From: Tubiluchus corallicola
Lineage: Eukaryota; Animalia; Priapulida
DNA: 64,000 bases
Direction of reading: 5' to 3'
NCBI GenBank assembly: GCA_030141605.1
Contig: JAQGDQ010000079.1
Span: forward strand, 186,001 to 250,000
A program made the translations under genes and the position numbers. Numbering within the stretch: position 1 is the first letter of the stretch; every line of letters begins with the position of its first letter. Shown in pieces: positions 36,560 to 50,800 of this stretch. The notes beneath the pieces are model-generated. The model was not told where the DNA came from. It was given only the letters and a program-made list of their open reading frames with translations, and made no database searches.

Positions 36560-39500
36560 CTAGAAAGCAAAATAAAATGTATAATTAAAACGATGAATCA
36601 GGAACATGATAGAGTATCATAGTAAATGTACTGTTTCACAAAAATCGCCACCTTACAAAAAGACTGTAACATACCTGAATTTGAATATAATATAGAAAAC
36701 AATTTTCTTCAACTGTGCTCATATTATAGTGAAGCTTTAGTCATAAAAGAAATAACAATAAGCTTGCTTTTACTTGTTCAATGACGTTTTAAGAAATTCA
36801 GATAAATGAAGTAAATAATTTACTGTAGTATAACGTGTTTAACATATAGCAATGTGCAACCAATTGGTGGAAAATTACCTTAGAAGTTAAAGCTAATAAC
36901 TTTTTACATGAACTCAACTAACCAAAAAGTCAGTTTAGTAAACATTAGCAGCTTTATGATACAAGCTTTCACCGGAGGTGCATAAGCAAGCATCACTTTA
37001 CAAAGTACAGTATCTTGTCTAGTGTACAATGCCCACATCTCTGGTTTTGACGAAAGTTTCATGATAAAGTGAAGACCACCTGTAAATATTTAATATGTCA
37101 AACAAATTACCTCAAAGAATGATTTGTCATCAGACTTTTTCGGAGCGCCAGCAACGGGTTGCCCTGACGTCACAGAGATCACCTCAGAAAGCTCAACGAA
37201 TCCCTTACAGTGACTGTCTTCTGTGGAATCATAGTAGCGTAACTGAAAAATAGAACCAAATGCTTTTTAAAGCTTCTACTTCACACTGCATTATAGATAT
37301 TCAAGTCTTTGATAAAAAAACATTTTTGAGACACAGCACACATAAAACATGTCAGTAGATATTATGAACACATTTATATGCTAAGATGTTCTTAGGAAAA
37401 ACCATTGAACATGCTCACAAAAGTGAAGTTACCACACGATATAATACAGCAATTCAGACATACTACAGTTTTCAAACATGTCCATATCTTAATTTCGGGT
37501 GGTACTTGTTATTGAGGTTAACACTCATAGTAAATCACGAGCTACCGGCAATGACTATGCCAAGCATAAACAGAAATCACAGCCGCAGAAATGTTGTAAT
37601 AAACTTGCTTGATCAGAATAATGCACTTTTACAAAATTTTCTAAACCAAGCATTGATAATAGCTTTATAATTAAAATTAAAATACCTGATGCTTAATACT
37701 GTCAAGAACAAACCATCTGAGCTTCCACCCTTTGAGTAATGCTCCACGCTTGTAGAGGTAACCCTCATGAGTGCTGTGCTCACCAACGTTAGATGAGTAC
37801 TGATCGTAGTATGTTTGGCTGCTAGCTGTTAAAGTACCTATACCTGAAACGGTATCATAGCAGCTAACTGTTTCAATGTATTTTTTACTTATTATAGTTC
37901 AAACATTTCTTATACTTAAATATAATAATCTTGTAATATATTCACATATGATTACTGTTATTATTTTCAAACAATATATATATATATATACAACGATTCT
38001 TTGCAACAAGTTATGACCATCAAAAATTAACATTATGATCAAATTAACAGTGTTACTACCAGTGAGCTTTCTCCTGTAACATACCAAGGAGAAAGTTGCT
38101 TATAAATTGTAATCTTCACATATCACTGAATGTAAAAATAACAGCTTAGTGGTGGCACAAAGAACCAACAAAACTAAAGCAGATATTTTTAAATTACAAT
38201 ATCATTCACACAGTTTGCACGAAAATGCAAATGTATTTACAGCAATACAATGAGTAACCCTTGTGAGTGACAGGCACTCTTTTAGGACCCCAAGTGAGAA
38301 AAGGGCGGTGCATTTTTGTTTCTCACATGTGTAAAGTGATAACAGATGCTTACCAGAAGTGACAACAGATGCACTATCTGAGCCACCGCCAGAAACATGA
38401 AGACTAGAAGATGATGTGCCATTGTGAACTGACTTGTAACGTGTGCAATTTTTCGGAACTTGACTCTGGCATTTCTCGTGGCAGTTATAACCGCAATCAA
38501 TACACCTCATACCTAAAATCAACACAGCTTCTAGTAAATTTTGATTTTTTTTTGTTACTTATGTTATGCATTCACTATCGTGAGCATCATGATTATAACA
38601 CAAACATGTGAGCAAAACAGTTCTGCAAATTTTAATGTTTTACAATAAAAAAGTTTATTCTCAAAGCAGCGCTTCATCTGCTTCATTTTGGGCTAAAATA
38701 TTTAATTAGGATTCAACCATGTGTATAACATGCCTCTACTAAACAAACCATTGTTAGTCTTGTTTAGAAATTGTTAATCTCAAATTATTATTATTCTCAC
38801 CATACAAGGCAATAACTAATCAATAAAGCTGATATTCGTTTGCAATTCTTAGTTAACCGTTACCAAAATTGAAAGTGCTCTTCCTTGTCACATGTCTCAC
38901 CCCTCCACAAAGTTTTGTGGAAAAAAGTTAAGCAACTTTTGAGTAATTCAGTTAACAAACAAACAAATGGATACGAAAACATTGCCTAATTGACAAAGGT
39001 AACTAGATTAAAGCAAAATATGCAATAAACAATGAAAACAAACAAAAAGGAATAAAATTGATAAAATACAATCAAGGTTTAAATCTGTTGTATCAGTTTT
39101 ATTTATTTTATCAGTCATCTATAGAAATATTACAACTATCCATTACTTGCACATGAATAACAGCTGTATAGGAACTGGCAGCTATCGAAGAGAATAAATG
39201 ACATATACAAATGTATTCAATTACAAGCAATAATGACAAAATTTAAAAAAGAAAAGTTGTTTTTCCAAGATTTTAAAACTGAATCACCAAGCAGAATTTC
39301 TTAACAATGTCATAACAATGTCTTAGATGTCATAACAATGCTTGTTTAACCACGAAGCAATGATGACCATGGCCATCTGAATAAATACATTGAATAGCTC
39401 TGGCATTGCCCAATACGTTATCTCATTGTAATCACCAGCTACTGTTATTCCACCAGCATGCATGTAAATTCCATGTTACAGAGAAAACTAGAAAGTTATG

Positions 39501-41725
39501 TAAGTTGCATTAGAAACACATAAAACTCTTTTTTAATTGACCATGCTTACCCGTCTTAACGAGGCCCCACAGCACATGGTTGCATAAGTCGCAATAAGTT
39601 GGTGTTGTGTAGTTGAATTTCTCAAATCTGTGGGGGTGGGAGTAAATCTGAGCAGTCTCCACCCCCATTTTACCCTTGACCAGAATTTCAATGGTTGAGC
39701 GCTTATGTATGGCACGCCCGTGCGATCGACACTGCTGTGTGGCCCACGATGTCTGCTTCTACAAATACAGAAGATGCAACAAAGGCTAAGCTTTTTTATA
39801 AGATATGTTAGTACAGAAACAACAGCATTGCAAGAAATTACTATTGTTAAGTGGCTTGCACAGATGATACGTTAATGAACTTTATAATTATGTTGAGTGA
39901 ATCACGAGAAAGTGTTTTCTAAAAAACAGAACAAGCTTTTGGCAACAAAACATGACCAACTAAACTGTAGATGTTCTTTCTGAGCAAAAAGACACATGAT
40001 TACGTAAAATATATACCAATCAACAGCAACTGAGAGAGATTCCAATCTGACTACGCTTATCTAAAAACTTTGTTCTCTCACCTAAACATTCGTACCTTCA
40101 AAATTTTACAAAAAAAGCATGGAGAAGAACAAATTTAACAACTGGTAGAACGCATGTGAGGCATGTGAGAAAGTTATATTAAAAATAATGATGGACTAAG
40201 AAATAAAATTGTTAATTCTAAATGCTAGTTGATTGCGTAACATTGCGTAACCAACGCAATTAATGTAAAGCAAATCGAATCACACCCGAATGTAGTAAAT
40301 ACTGTTGTGATCATTTAAACACAAAAGAGAATGTTTTGTATCTCAGTGAAGGCTTTAATGTAGCACTATAGCATTTACAAATATAAAAACATCTTTTGTA
40401 GTGTTTGTTGAGTACGATTAAAACAAACCAAAATTTAAATTGGTCAGACATTGACTGAATATGTGGAAATATGTCGGTTTTCAATTGATATCATGGATTA
40501 GAAAAAGTACAATTACAAAAATTGTTAATATTATTACCAATAAATACAGCAAAATTAATATTTTTAGAGAAGCATTAAATTATTAGAATAACAAAAAAGT
40601 TCATGCAATTTGTTCAATCCACTTAAAAATAAGAAAGTCAACTAAAATGTAACAGTGCAAATTAACAGATAAAAGTATGCACCAAATTTCATATGAACTA
40701 CAGATTGTATTTTTAGTACTGTTAAACAAAGAGATCTGTCAAAGCAAGTGACCATAGTGTATTGCAAAGTGACAACCAACAATATATAATAATTATAACA
40801 CAAATTATTTCTAAAATAATCAGTATATCAGAGCTAAATAAAAACACATATTTTAGTTTAAATATTTCTACCTGTATTTCTTCTTGTTGTGGATATTCAA
40901 GACGATCAAATGCTAACTTCCAACGCTGAGGTAGATGGCCCAACTCTGTTTCTAATCTACGAATTTCCTAACAAATTACAGTATCAAATTTGTCAATCAT
41001 GCATAAAAGTAATTCACATTAAACTGATTAATTTTCAATTAAACCTAGTAACTAAATTGAAATACGGGACTCCTAGTTTTAAGTTAAGAAATAATAACAA
41101 GGCATACTCCTATCACTCACTTACAGTTTGCAGCTCACTTTTAGCAATAAACTAATAATTGCAGGCATTAGGCAAAGTACATAATACAGTATTTATTATA
41201 ATTATTTTAAGACTTACATCTAGTAAATAAGCTATAGCATTAGGCTGCAAAGAATACATATTGTCGTATCCAACGCCCACAATTTTTCTGTTGCTCGGTG
41301 CTGATTCTAAGGCATTTGCTTCTTCCTCTAGCTGAGCTTCCATTGCAACCATTTCGCGGTCATACGATGGGGTGTGGCCCAACTCTTCCGAAAGATAATA
41401 GTCCCAAATTTTTAAGTTGGCAATGTTTGAATAAGGTCGCAGAACATGCATTTTCTAGAAATGAGAGTAGACAAAGTGTCAGAAGTAATACCAATGAAAT
41501 CCATCAAAAGACTTGAAGTTTAATTGATAACTACAATTATGAAGTACGAGTGCAATATGAAGTTTGTTTACATAGTATTTGATACTTACAGAATCCTGTT
41601 GCTGTTCCTAGTATGCATGCAATTAAAAAAAAGGTAAACTTTAAACTGACTAAAGACATTCCAAACAAATGCAATCTCCCTTGTTTTCTCCCTCTGACAC
41701 GCTGCCTCCATCTCTCCCTCCCTTC

Positions 41726-41806
<81 letters not shown>

Positions 41807-44800
41807 CCTTTTGACATGTATTTGTCAATCAAACTTACATGATTAATGCACCACGGCTGATTGTATTTTGGATTGTAGAACAATGGTGATGCTTTGTGGT
41901 ATTTGTCTACATACTCCCACAGTGTTGGCCCTAAAAGAATTTTAAATAGTTTACACTCTGCTCTATAAAAAGACAGTCTTAAGCGAAAATGAACTAAGGT
42001 GAAACAATAAAATAATGGTAAAACACTATACCTCGTCCATTGTTGCGGGTAAGGAACTCTCCCCCATTTGGGGTGTCTTCATCTAGTCTGTGCTGACTGC
42101 GAGTTGGCGAATGGTCATCTAGGAGCCAACCGGCTTCCACGCGCTCACACTCACTGTCCAACAGGAATGTACGGAATCGACCGGAACAATAGTGATACCC
42201 AACAAATTTCAAGTAATACTGGCTGAATTCAAATGACAAGGGAAACTGATTGTGCACCTAATGGTAAAAAATAAAAACCAGTTAAGAAATCATTAATGAA
42301 AGGAAACCAAACAATGATGATGAAGAAGTAGTAAATTATAGTACAAATCATCAGTTTTTGTTGCAATGAAATGCAAGTGCTTTTGCAAATCAAGTTCAAA
42401 AGTTGTATTTCATGTAATGTGCATGAAAAAGTAAAAACTTGAACAATTGACAAAATTCTGGTATAATACTGCTGTCACAGAATACTCTAGAAAAATGGAT
42501 GTGCGAGAGTTGTAGGAATTTCCAAGCTCTTAGGAAGAGAGTCATACAATTTAGCAAATTCTTTAGTGATGAACTTTAGAAACTATCAAAATCAAACATA
42601 AAGTCAATTTCCCTTAACAGTGTAAAGTTCAGTGGGTTAGTTTACTTATGCCCTGTAAGCGAAAACTGCAAAAAATGAGAATGTCTTACGCCACATCATA
42701 ATAAGCTTTGCTAACAATAATCAATCAATAATTATAGTGGTTTGTTATCATACACATGAATACACCATTAAATTGCAGAAATACTGTGGCTAAACTAAGG
42801 CCTTGTTCCAGGTTGTCTACAAAACTCACCTGGTGCACCACATCGAGAAACTGCAAAAATATCGGCGCAAAACCAGAACCCTGTGAAGATGCCGTGGGGT
42901 TACCACGGTAACTGAATCTGTGCCCGAATGCCAGCCATTCTTTTTCAATGAGAGTGCTAAAACCCTCAATGGTCCTATAGTAAGGATCTAATAATATTTG
43001 TGCCACCGAAATGATCTGAAAAATTTGAAGCAATAGCATAAAAAAAGCAGATGTCAATAAATACTGTCAATTCAGATTAAATTTTAGACAAAACACCTTA
43101 AGTTTCCAATTATAGAACTGAAGTAATGTATACATGCACAACTAACACATTTAAAAATGTAAAATTTTCCACTGCTAAGATTTGAACCCAGACTGCCTTG
43201 TTGTCAAATTAAAAACATGAACTTAGGGACACACACAAATAAGAAACGAATCTGAAAAAGTCTCCAAACACTTCTTATACTGTTAAACACAATAATTAAA
43301 AATCAGCATTAAAGAGCAAAGTCTAAACACATTTCCACTGAAACCCACCTGTGCTGTTACATCCCAGCCGTCCTCTAAGCAAACCATTACGGATGAACCT
43401 TGTACATCAAGCAGATCTACAGCTGCACCAGCTAACTGCATGACGGACTGGACCTGCATGTAGAATTGCACATATTTACTCTTAACTGTAGTGGAAATTC
43501 ACAGCATTTCAACTAAATTATTAGGGTGCTAACAAGCCTGACAGACTTGCATCCTACACTACTTATTTGACTCCAGCAGAAACATGATTATCTAAAGTTC
43601 AAAGAACACAATACAGTACACAAAATATTATCAGCATGAAGTGATCCCGAAAGTGCTTCACAGAGTTAAAGCATTGCATTGCAATGGTAGTCCAAGTCAA
43701 AAATGTTATGCAAAATCCTTGAATAGCATCTGTATGACCACTAATATGCAAAAGGCCTTTTTCACAACTAAATGGTAATCCTGAAAGTAAGCACCTTAAT
43801 GACTTTACAACTCTTTATGCATCTATTCAAGTGGTAATATAATACATTTTAAAACATTAGAACAATGTTTGTTTTCATGGATTACGTCAAACACATATTG
43901 CTTTTATGTAGTAATCACCTGCTTTAACCATTCGCATTCTTCCACTGTCTTGTAGAAACTCAGCTGGGGATCATTAGATGCAGCACTGGGCATACATGCT
44001 CTAGTCAGCTTCTTGAAACTCGTCTTTACATGCCTCACATCATAAAAGTCAACAGGAATAAAATCACATTTTGGAAATGACTCCTGCTTTATTCCCTTTA
44101 TTTGTCCTTTTTCACCCAGAACATAGAGTGCTGCCCTCTGTAGACCATTACCTAAAACAAACATTTCATTGGGAAAGTCACTATCTCACCCAGTTTGGTA
44201 TGCAGAAGATGAATTTGGATTTGAAAATCAGGTTTACATGTTATTCCAGTAAACCTTTATTTTACTACTTTTAGTAGCTGTTTATTTAATGACAACACAT
44301 TTTCCAATCTTGCCTCCAGGAAATGCAATTTTTAGCCAGTTTATTTAATAGCTGGAGCTTCCAAAAGAGAAAGCTTACATGTTAGAAAAAGAAAGGCATT
44401 ATCAGTGCAATTAGACAGGCAGCTCTGTTATTGTAGTCAGTATTATTTTGGACAAAAAATCAGTATAGACTGACGAATCTAATCAGCAAGAGAGAAACAA
44501 CAACCAGGCGTTTGATGTTTTTAAACCACAACAAATCTGATGATTACATTTAAAATCTCATGAAAGACTTACTTTGTGGGCCATCACTGTGGAAACCAGG
44601 TTCAAATGTCTGAGCATGACGTGATCCATACAAATCCAAATTACCATTTGGCCTTTGATTTTTCATGCTAGCGAATTTTGCCAAAGCTGGAAACAAAAAA
44701 AGTGTTTAGTTCATTTTTAGATCAACTCTAAAGATACAAACAATACAATCACATAAAACTAATCAAATTTCAAAATGAGCTTAAACAATAAAGTCTGCAC

Positions 44801-47800
44801 CAAATCTGCACCTTGCCTGACCGAAGAATCAAAATACATATATCGTTATATATATTTGAAAAACAACACCAAAACAAAAGAAACTAAAATTAAATCAGCT
44901 ACACGTATTTTCCATCTCCCGTTTAAGAAGGAAAAAAAAGCTAAGTAGTATATCACCAACACAAGACATAAACTGAATTTCGAAACATGCCAGTCTGAAT
45001 GTATATAGTGCTATATATGTACATGAGGTGACAATAAAGTAATGATTAAAACAATTTGGAAATATAACTCTTGAATAAAAACGCCAAAATGCACTATATA
45101 TCTAACAAAATATAAAGATTAATGTTTCAACAAATACACCTAGTATTTTCAAAATCAGAATAATTTTAAAATGCACATGGTTTTGCAACATTAGGCCATA
45201 CATGACAATCTAGAACAAAAACAATTTCCCACCATTCTAACCATCCACAATTTTAAGACTAAATTATATTTAAAACACTCAGTGTTACAGTTTAATGTTG
45301 GCTTAAAGAAATTATTTAATATGCCACCATAATCAAATGATCAAATTTTAAGGGAGTTGTGTCAATGACAACAAAATCTTCACATTGCAATAAGTTGTTG
45401 TAGTTTCGACGATGTTTAATCGAAAGTAAGCTACTAGCATTTAAAAGCTCAAGTACCCGACAACTTAGATTTCTCTTAGTATGACCTACGTAGGAAATGT
45501 CACAACTATGCAAGAAGTTTCATTAATTACATTGGTAGGACCAAGAGCAGACACAATATTTTCCTCACTCACCTGGGGAAACAAATACAAAGAACGATTA
45601 TTTACAAAAATTACGCACAAAGAGAACTTTCAAAGTAAAATGGGAGATTCTAAATATAATTTAGTCTTATAATGGATGGTTGGGGTCTTATGGTTTGTTT
45701 GTTTGGGATGTCAAGTAATGTTATTAGAACTTTTTGCGCATTTTAGAATTATCCTGATTTTGAAATCATAAATCATCGACTTACTGCATATAGTAAGTAA
45801 CCAGTCGTTCTTACAAACGTTAACATGTCTATTCATTAAAAAGGGAAACTGTTAGTAAGCAAAAAGAGTTGCAGTCACTGTTAATTTAGTGAGATTCTCT
45901 AAAGGTGCTTTGGTTGTATTGTGGAGTTAAGGAACCAATGCTGTTCTATTATGTAAAAAGCAGTGCACTAATGCCAAAGCAAAGCAAATAACAAGAAAAA
46001 ATAAAAGAAATGGACATGAGGTTGGACAAATCAACAAATGGAAACAAGCCAAAATAAAGCAAAGTGTATTGTGTAATTGTGTTGAATTAATTTCAGTCAT
46101 AATATAATTTGATTTGATAATCAAACAGGATAATTTCTTTTCAGGAATGTCACATGTAAAAACCGTTTGGGTTTTACGCCAGGTTTAGCAAAGCATTACG
46201 AAAATCAGACCCAAACACACAAAAACTATACACAGCGACATTTCCAAAGGAAAGGAGTTTCATATTCTTGCATTTTTACACACTGAAACTTTACAGATTG
46301 AAATTTTTTTGTTTACTAGGCAAAGTTCCAATACTAAGAGGGTGCAGAAAGATCCAACTAACAGCCCACTATCCATTAGTCCTATCTACAACCTCATATA
46401 ACAGGGAAGGACATTCTCTTTTTTCAGTCTGCTCAAGTCTTCACCGTGTCTTTTCAACTATGTTATGTAAGTGTCATACACAAAAATTAAACAACATTAG
46501 TATGATGAATATACAGGTACCCAAATACTACAATGGTGATCAGTAAAGCAGACCAGCTGCATCACCCAAGGTGTTCTTGCACGGCAATTTCTGAGGCACA
46601 GATGTATTGTAATCAAGCATTTCTAGGCAAACTGGACAAAAAGTAACTCACTTTTAACAGTACCTTTACTCATTTTTAATAAAATACAATGATGGGGCCA
46701 AAATAAGTGTTAAGTGCAAGAACAAATGATAATGTGGTTGTAAATAGGGCTTCCAGTCAAAGTGAATAAATTAATTACCCCATGCTCTAATACAAAATGC
46801 TCACCTAGTGAACTGGTTTCAAACACAGTTTCTTCTGGCACACCTACATTATAAACAATGACTACAGCTACAGTGCAAAAATCATTAATGAAAAAGCACA
46901 AACACGTATAGCAGGCTAAATTTATTCAAACCAACTGTGATAATTGTGATGATGGACATAGTATAATAGAACACGATGCACACAGGTGATGTATCGGCTT
47001 ATGCACACAGAAAACCCAACTTTAACTAAATAATCAAATGCATGTGCTAGCAAACGAAAAAACAAAGAAACCAACTTTTATTATAACACGATGCAACTGC
47101 ATCAACAATGTGTGGGAAAACAGACACGTTCAGCTCATTATGAGCATAAGCCAATAACATGTAGTTGAAATCAACCAGAAATAACATGGGTAGTATTCTG
47201 ATTTATTTCACATTGTAAATGTGAATACACCAATAAATAATCTAAACTTTTAAAGGGCACGAAAACATTATACTTGAGAAAACACCATGCTAAATTTCTG
47301 TGAAGATTTCACATACGTTACTGATCGTTGTTAGCTGATACCCTGCTGATGAATCATAATAAAAAATTCGTTTTAACAAAAAATTCTAATTAGAAAATTT
47401 TTTCCGTACAAATTAATCCTCTAATTAAAAAAAGAAAAAGCAAAAACAATAAAAAAACTAAAGTTAAAATTATTTATGCATTTTAGCTTTAATAACAACA
47501 AAATCAAAGTAAACCGTCAATGGGTTATGGGAAAAAGATTTGTTAAAGACAGATAGTACGGAAGTATAGCAAACAGAAAAGGCACAAACCAAATACATTA
47601 TTAAAGGATACACTCATCATGCCCAATCGTACTGCTTCTTCACCAAGACAAAAAATTAATTATTTAGCATACATGACTAATGGGAATTAATAAAAGTAAC
47701 TGAGCAAAAAATCGCAAAAGATTTCGGAAACAAAATTTGAAAAAATAACAAGTGCTTTGTACATTTCCTTAAGATGAAAATATAATTCAAAAAGGTGCAT

Positions 47801-50800
47801 CTTATACATACATTTACTGCCTTTACCGCCACTGTGTCGGAGGCTGTTCATGGCTCTTTGCAGTGCGTTGCTACGGCGACTAGTTTCAGGCGTTAATGCT
47901 CCCATATCATTACTCGCAGGTGAAGAAAAAATGAGGGAATTGAGGCTTAGGGTAGAGGCAGACATTTCAGCTCCACGTCCTGCAATGTCAAAATAAAGAA
48001 TAAAGCATCTTACAAGCAAAAGAAAACACAAAAAGAAATCTGATTCACAGACAGCAGCATATTTTAGAAATAAGTACCATTAGATTTAATCAAAAATAAT
48101 ACTTGGTATTTGTCAACATTGAAAATAGTTTTTAGTTCAGATGCAGACTAGAATGTCAGACAAATTTTCCAGAAAAACCATTTACTAAATTTAAGTGAGT
48201 CTTGCAAAAAGCAACTTACCAAGCATCATGCTGTATCTGAGATTACCTAGTGGTGTTGAAGAAACGATAGCAGAGAAGTATTTCTCTTGTTCTACACTCG
48301 CTGATGTTGATTCATGACTAGACGGTCCTATAAAAAATTACGTAAGTTTTTGCAAAAAATATTACACCATTTATACAGAAGTGAGTGCTTTATACATATG
48401 CAAACTGACTTATTGACTAAAGATGATTTACTGACTGCCAAGAATTAAAAGCAAGCGTGTCTTCATTTTGATGTAAAAATTTAAACAGTTCATAAAAAAC
48501 ACAAGAAAATAACAAACTTTGTAGAAAGTTGCAACTAACAAGATGACAGACACTTTGCAGTTGCAACCGAAAACAAATAAGCAATATATCCGTCATGGCA
48601 GTAATTAATGAAGTTTACCAATCGTCTAAAATCATTTTCAAGCCAAAAAGTTGAACAGATAAACACACAGCAAGAAGCTAAAAACCTGTGGTTCTATGGC
48701 TGTCAGATCCTTTCAGCATCTGTAAAAGGTTTTTACTGTGGAAGCCACTAGCTCTCATTAACACAGCCTTTGTGCGTGAGTGTCGCCAACAAACTGTCGG
48801 AAACCTGCAAAAAACTTTCAAATATGAAAGAAACTGCAAAATTTTTCACAGGTAACAAAAAACTATTTCCAGTTATCACACTATCAACAATAATTCCTAA
48901 GCGTGTTAATGAGTTTTCGACAGTCAAAACTCCCTCATAAAATGAGGGAAATTCTCATGGAAGAACATATCTTAAGATGCCCATCATATACGTCACAAAA
49001 CATACAATAGCAGGCTCGGGTTTATGTCTGACAAGTCGACTAACTTGCTATTCTTCCAATTAACGTAAATACCTTAAATACATTTAGACTGCGCTGCAAG
49101 AAAATGATCTCAAAGGGTCAAACCTATTATGTCTGTGAGTTTTGGCAATTTTATGCAAGCTATCATCAGATATGATCGTTGGCACAACAACTGCTGCTGG
49201 ATAAGATCTGCACACCGTGTAGTTGACATTACACATTGACATACGAAATGGCTCTGACTTTTTTACCATGTTACTCGCCAACACTCCAAGACCTGAAATG
49301 TAGCAAAATCGATTAAATTTAAGGTGACACAAAGCTTTCTTGTAAAGTAAATATGTCTCACAGAAAAACTGTTTCAAAATCAACAGCACAACAAACCTTT
49401 TATGCCCATTCGCTGATAGTCTTTGCAGTAGTTTCGCTCAGAAAGACGCTCTAGAGTGTTCGTTGTTTGAGACATAGAACCTTCTTCAATTACTATAAAA
49501 ATATTTTAGCAGTTTAAGATTCTGGCTATATACAAACTGTCATTAATTATGAAACTGAAACACAAGAGCCACTAATAAAATACACTGTAGTAAGTTACAA
49601 TAATTCAATTAAATTTAAATAAAAAATTCATTTTACATACAAGAATTGAATTATATTAAGACTCGTAGTCACAATTCAACGTTCCAGCACATCACATGCC
49701 ATTTCTTAATAAAAAAATATGGTAATCAGCAAATGACACTAATTCAACCTACTTGCTAAATCATCATCATAATTTTGACTCAATGGTCGTTCAGTAGAAG
49801 TCGAAATGTCACTATCGAGTGACGTCTGGGACAAAATGATTTTCCTCGACACAATAGGCATCTGATATACATATTTTTGTCGTTTGGTAGACTTCTGTTT
49901 TACACCAACACGTCTGGCTGTCTTCATGATTGTCTTTTTAGCTAAACCCCTAAATAATGAAAATAAATCAAAGACATCCTACAAAATACGTTTAATAAAT
50001 AATATGTAAAAATATGTAAAATAGCTACTAATTAAAGATTTCTGTAAATCTGCAATAATGTTTTATTAGAGTGATAGAGAGGCTGTTAATGGGTCAATTT
50101 CTTTGATGCAAAACTGAAAGCAATAAAGTTCTGTTAAAATGCAAAGAGCAATGCATAGAGAAATAATGTGACTAATTGTGAGGCTGACCATTAGTCCATT
50201 ACTTGAAGATAAACAACTAGTCACTCTCTAAATAAACATTTATTTTTAAAAATAAATAAAAAGTGAAGAATTGTTTTTGTTTTCTCCAACAACATGCATG
50301 CACTATGTGTCCTACATTACACAAATGTTGATGCATGAGGTGGAATGTATATATCATGTTTGTCACAGCAAGCTACAGTTTGAACCTCAAAGCATATTCG
50401 TTCTATGCAAATTGTTTTCTAAAAATCTGATGACTGAAAAATATTACTGTTATCTGTCTCCCTTTTGGGATATATCCACGCTCTATGAAATCAGTTATTT
50501 TTTTGTATTTAACGGAAGGAAATTAGTTCCAAAATTACACAACAAATCCTTGATTTACTGAACTAACACAGGTGACTTATTTCCACTATGAGATTCCAAA
50601 AGCAACGATTGAGCAAGCCATAATGTTGAACCATGCTTAATCGCTTCAGCACTCTGCAGCACGCAGAAAAACATGCAAAACTATCCACCAATTAAGACTA
50701 TCAATAGTAATTAACTAGTTAAGAATTCATGTGGCAGCAGTGCACATTATTTAAAGTACAATCTGTATCACCAACATTTGGAATTTGTTGGAAATACATT

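Noticed and set aside
41586-41883. ERERER / SLSLSL ORFs
   Set aside because: Translations of the (TC)n microsatellite; only 41839-41930 is a real exon.
46397-46457. Minus-strand [20 protein letters not shown] as an alternative Sbf terminal exon
   Set aside because: Weak acceptor and the wrong phase for the established upstream exon.
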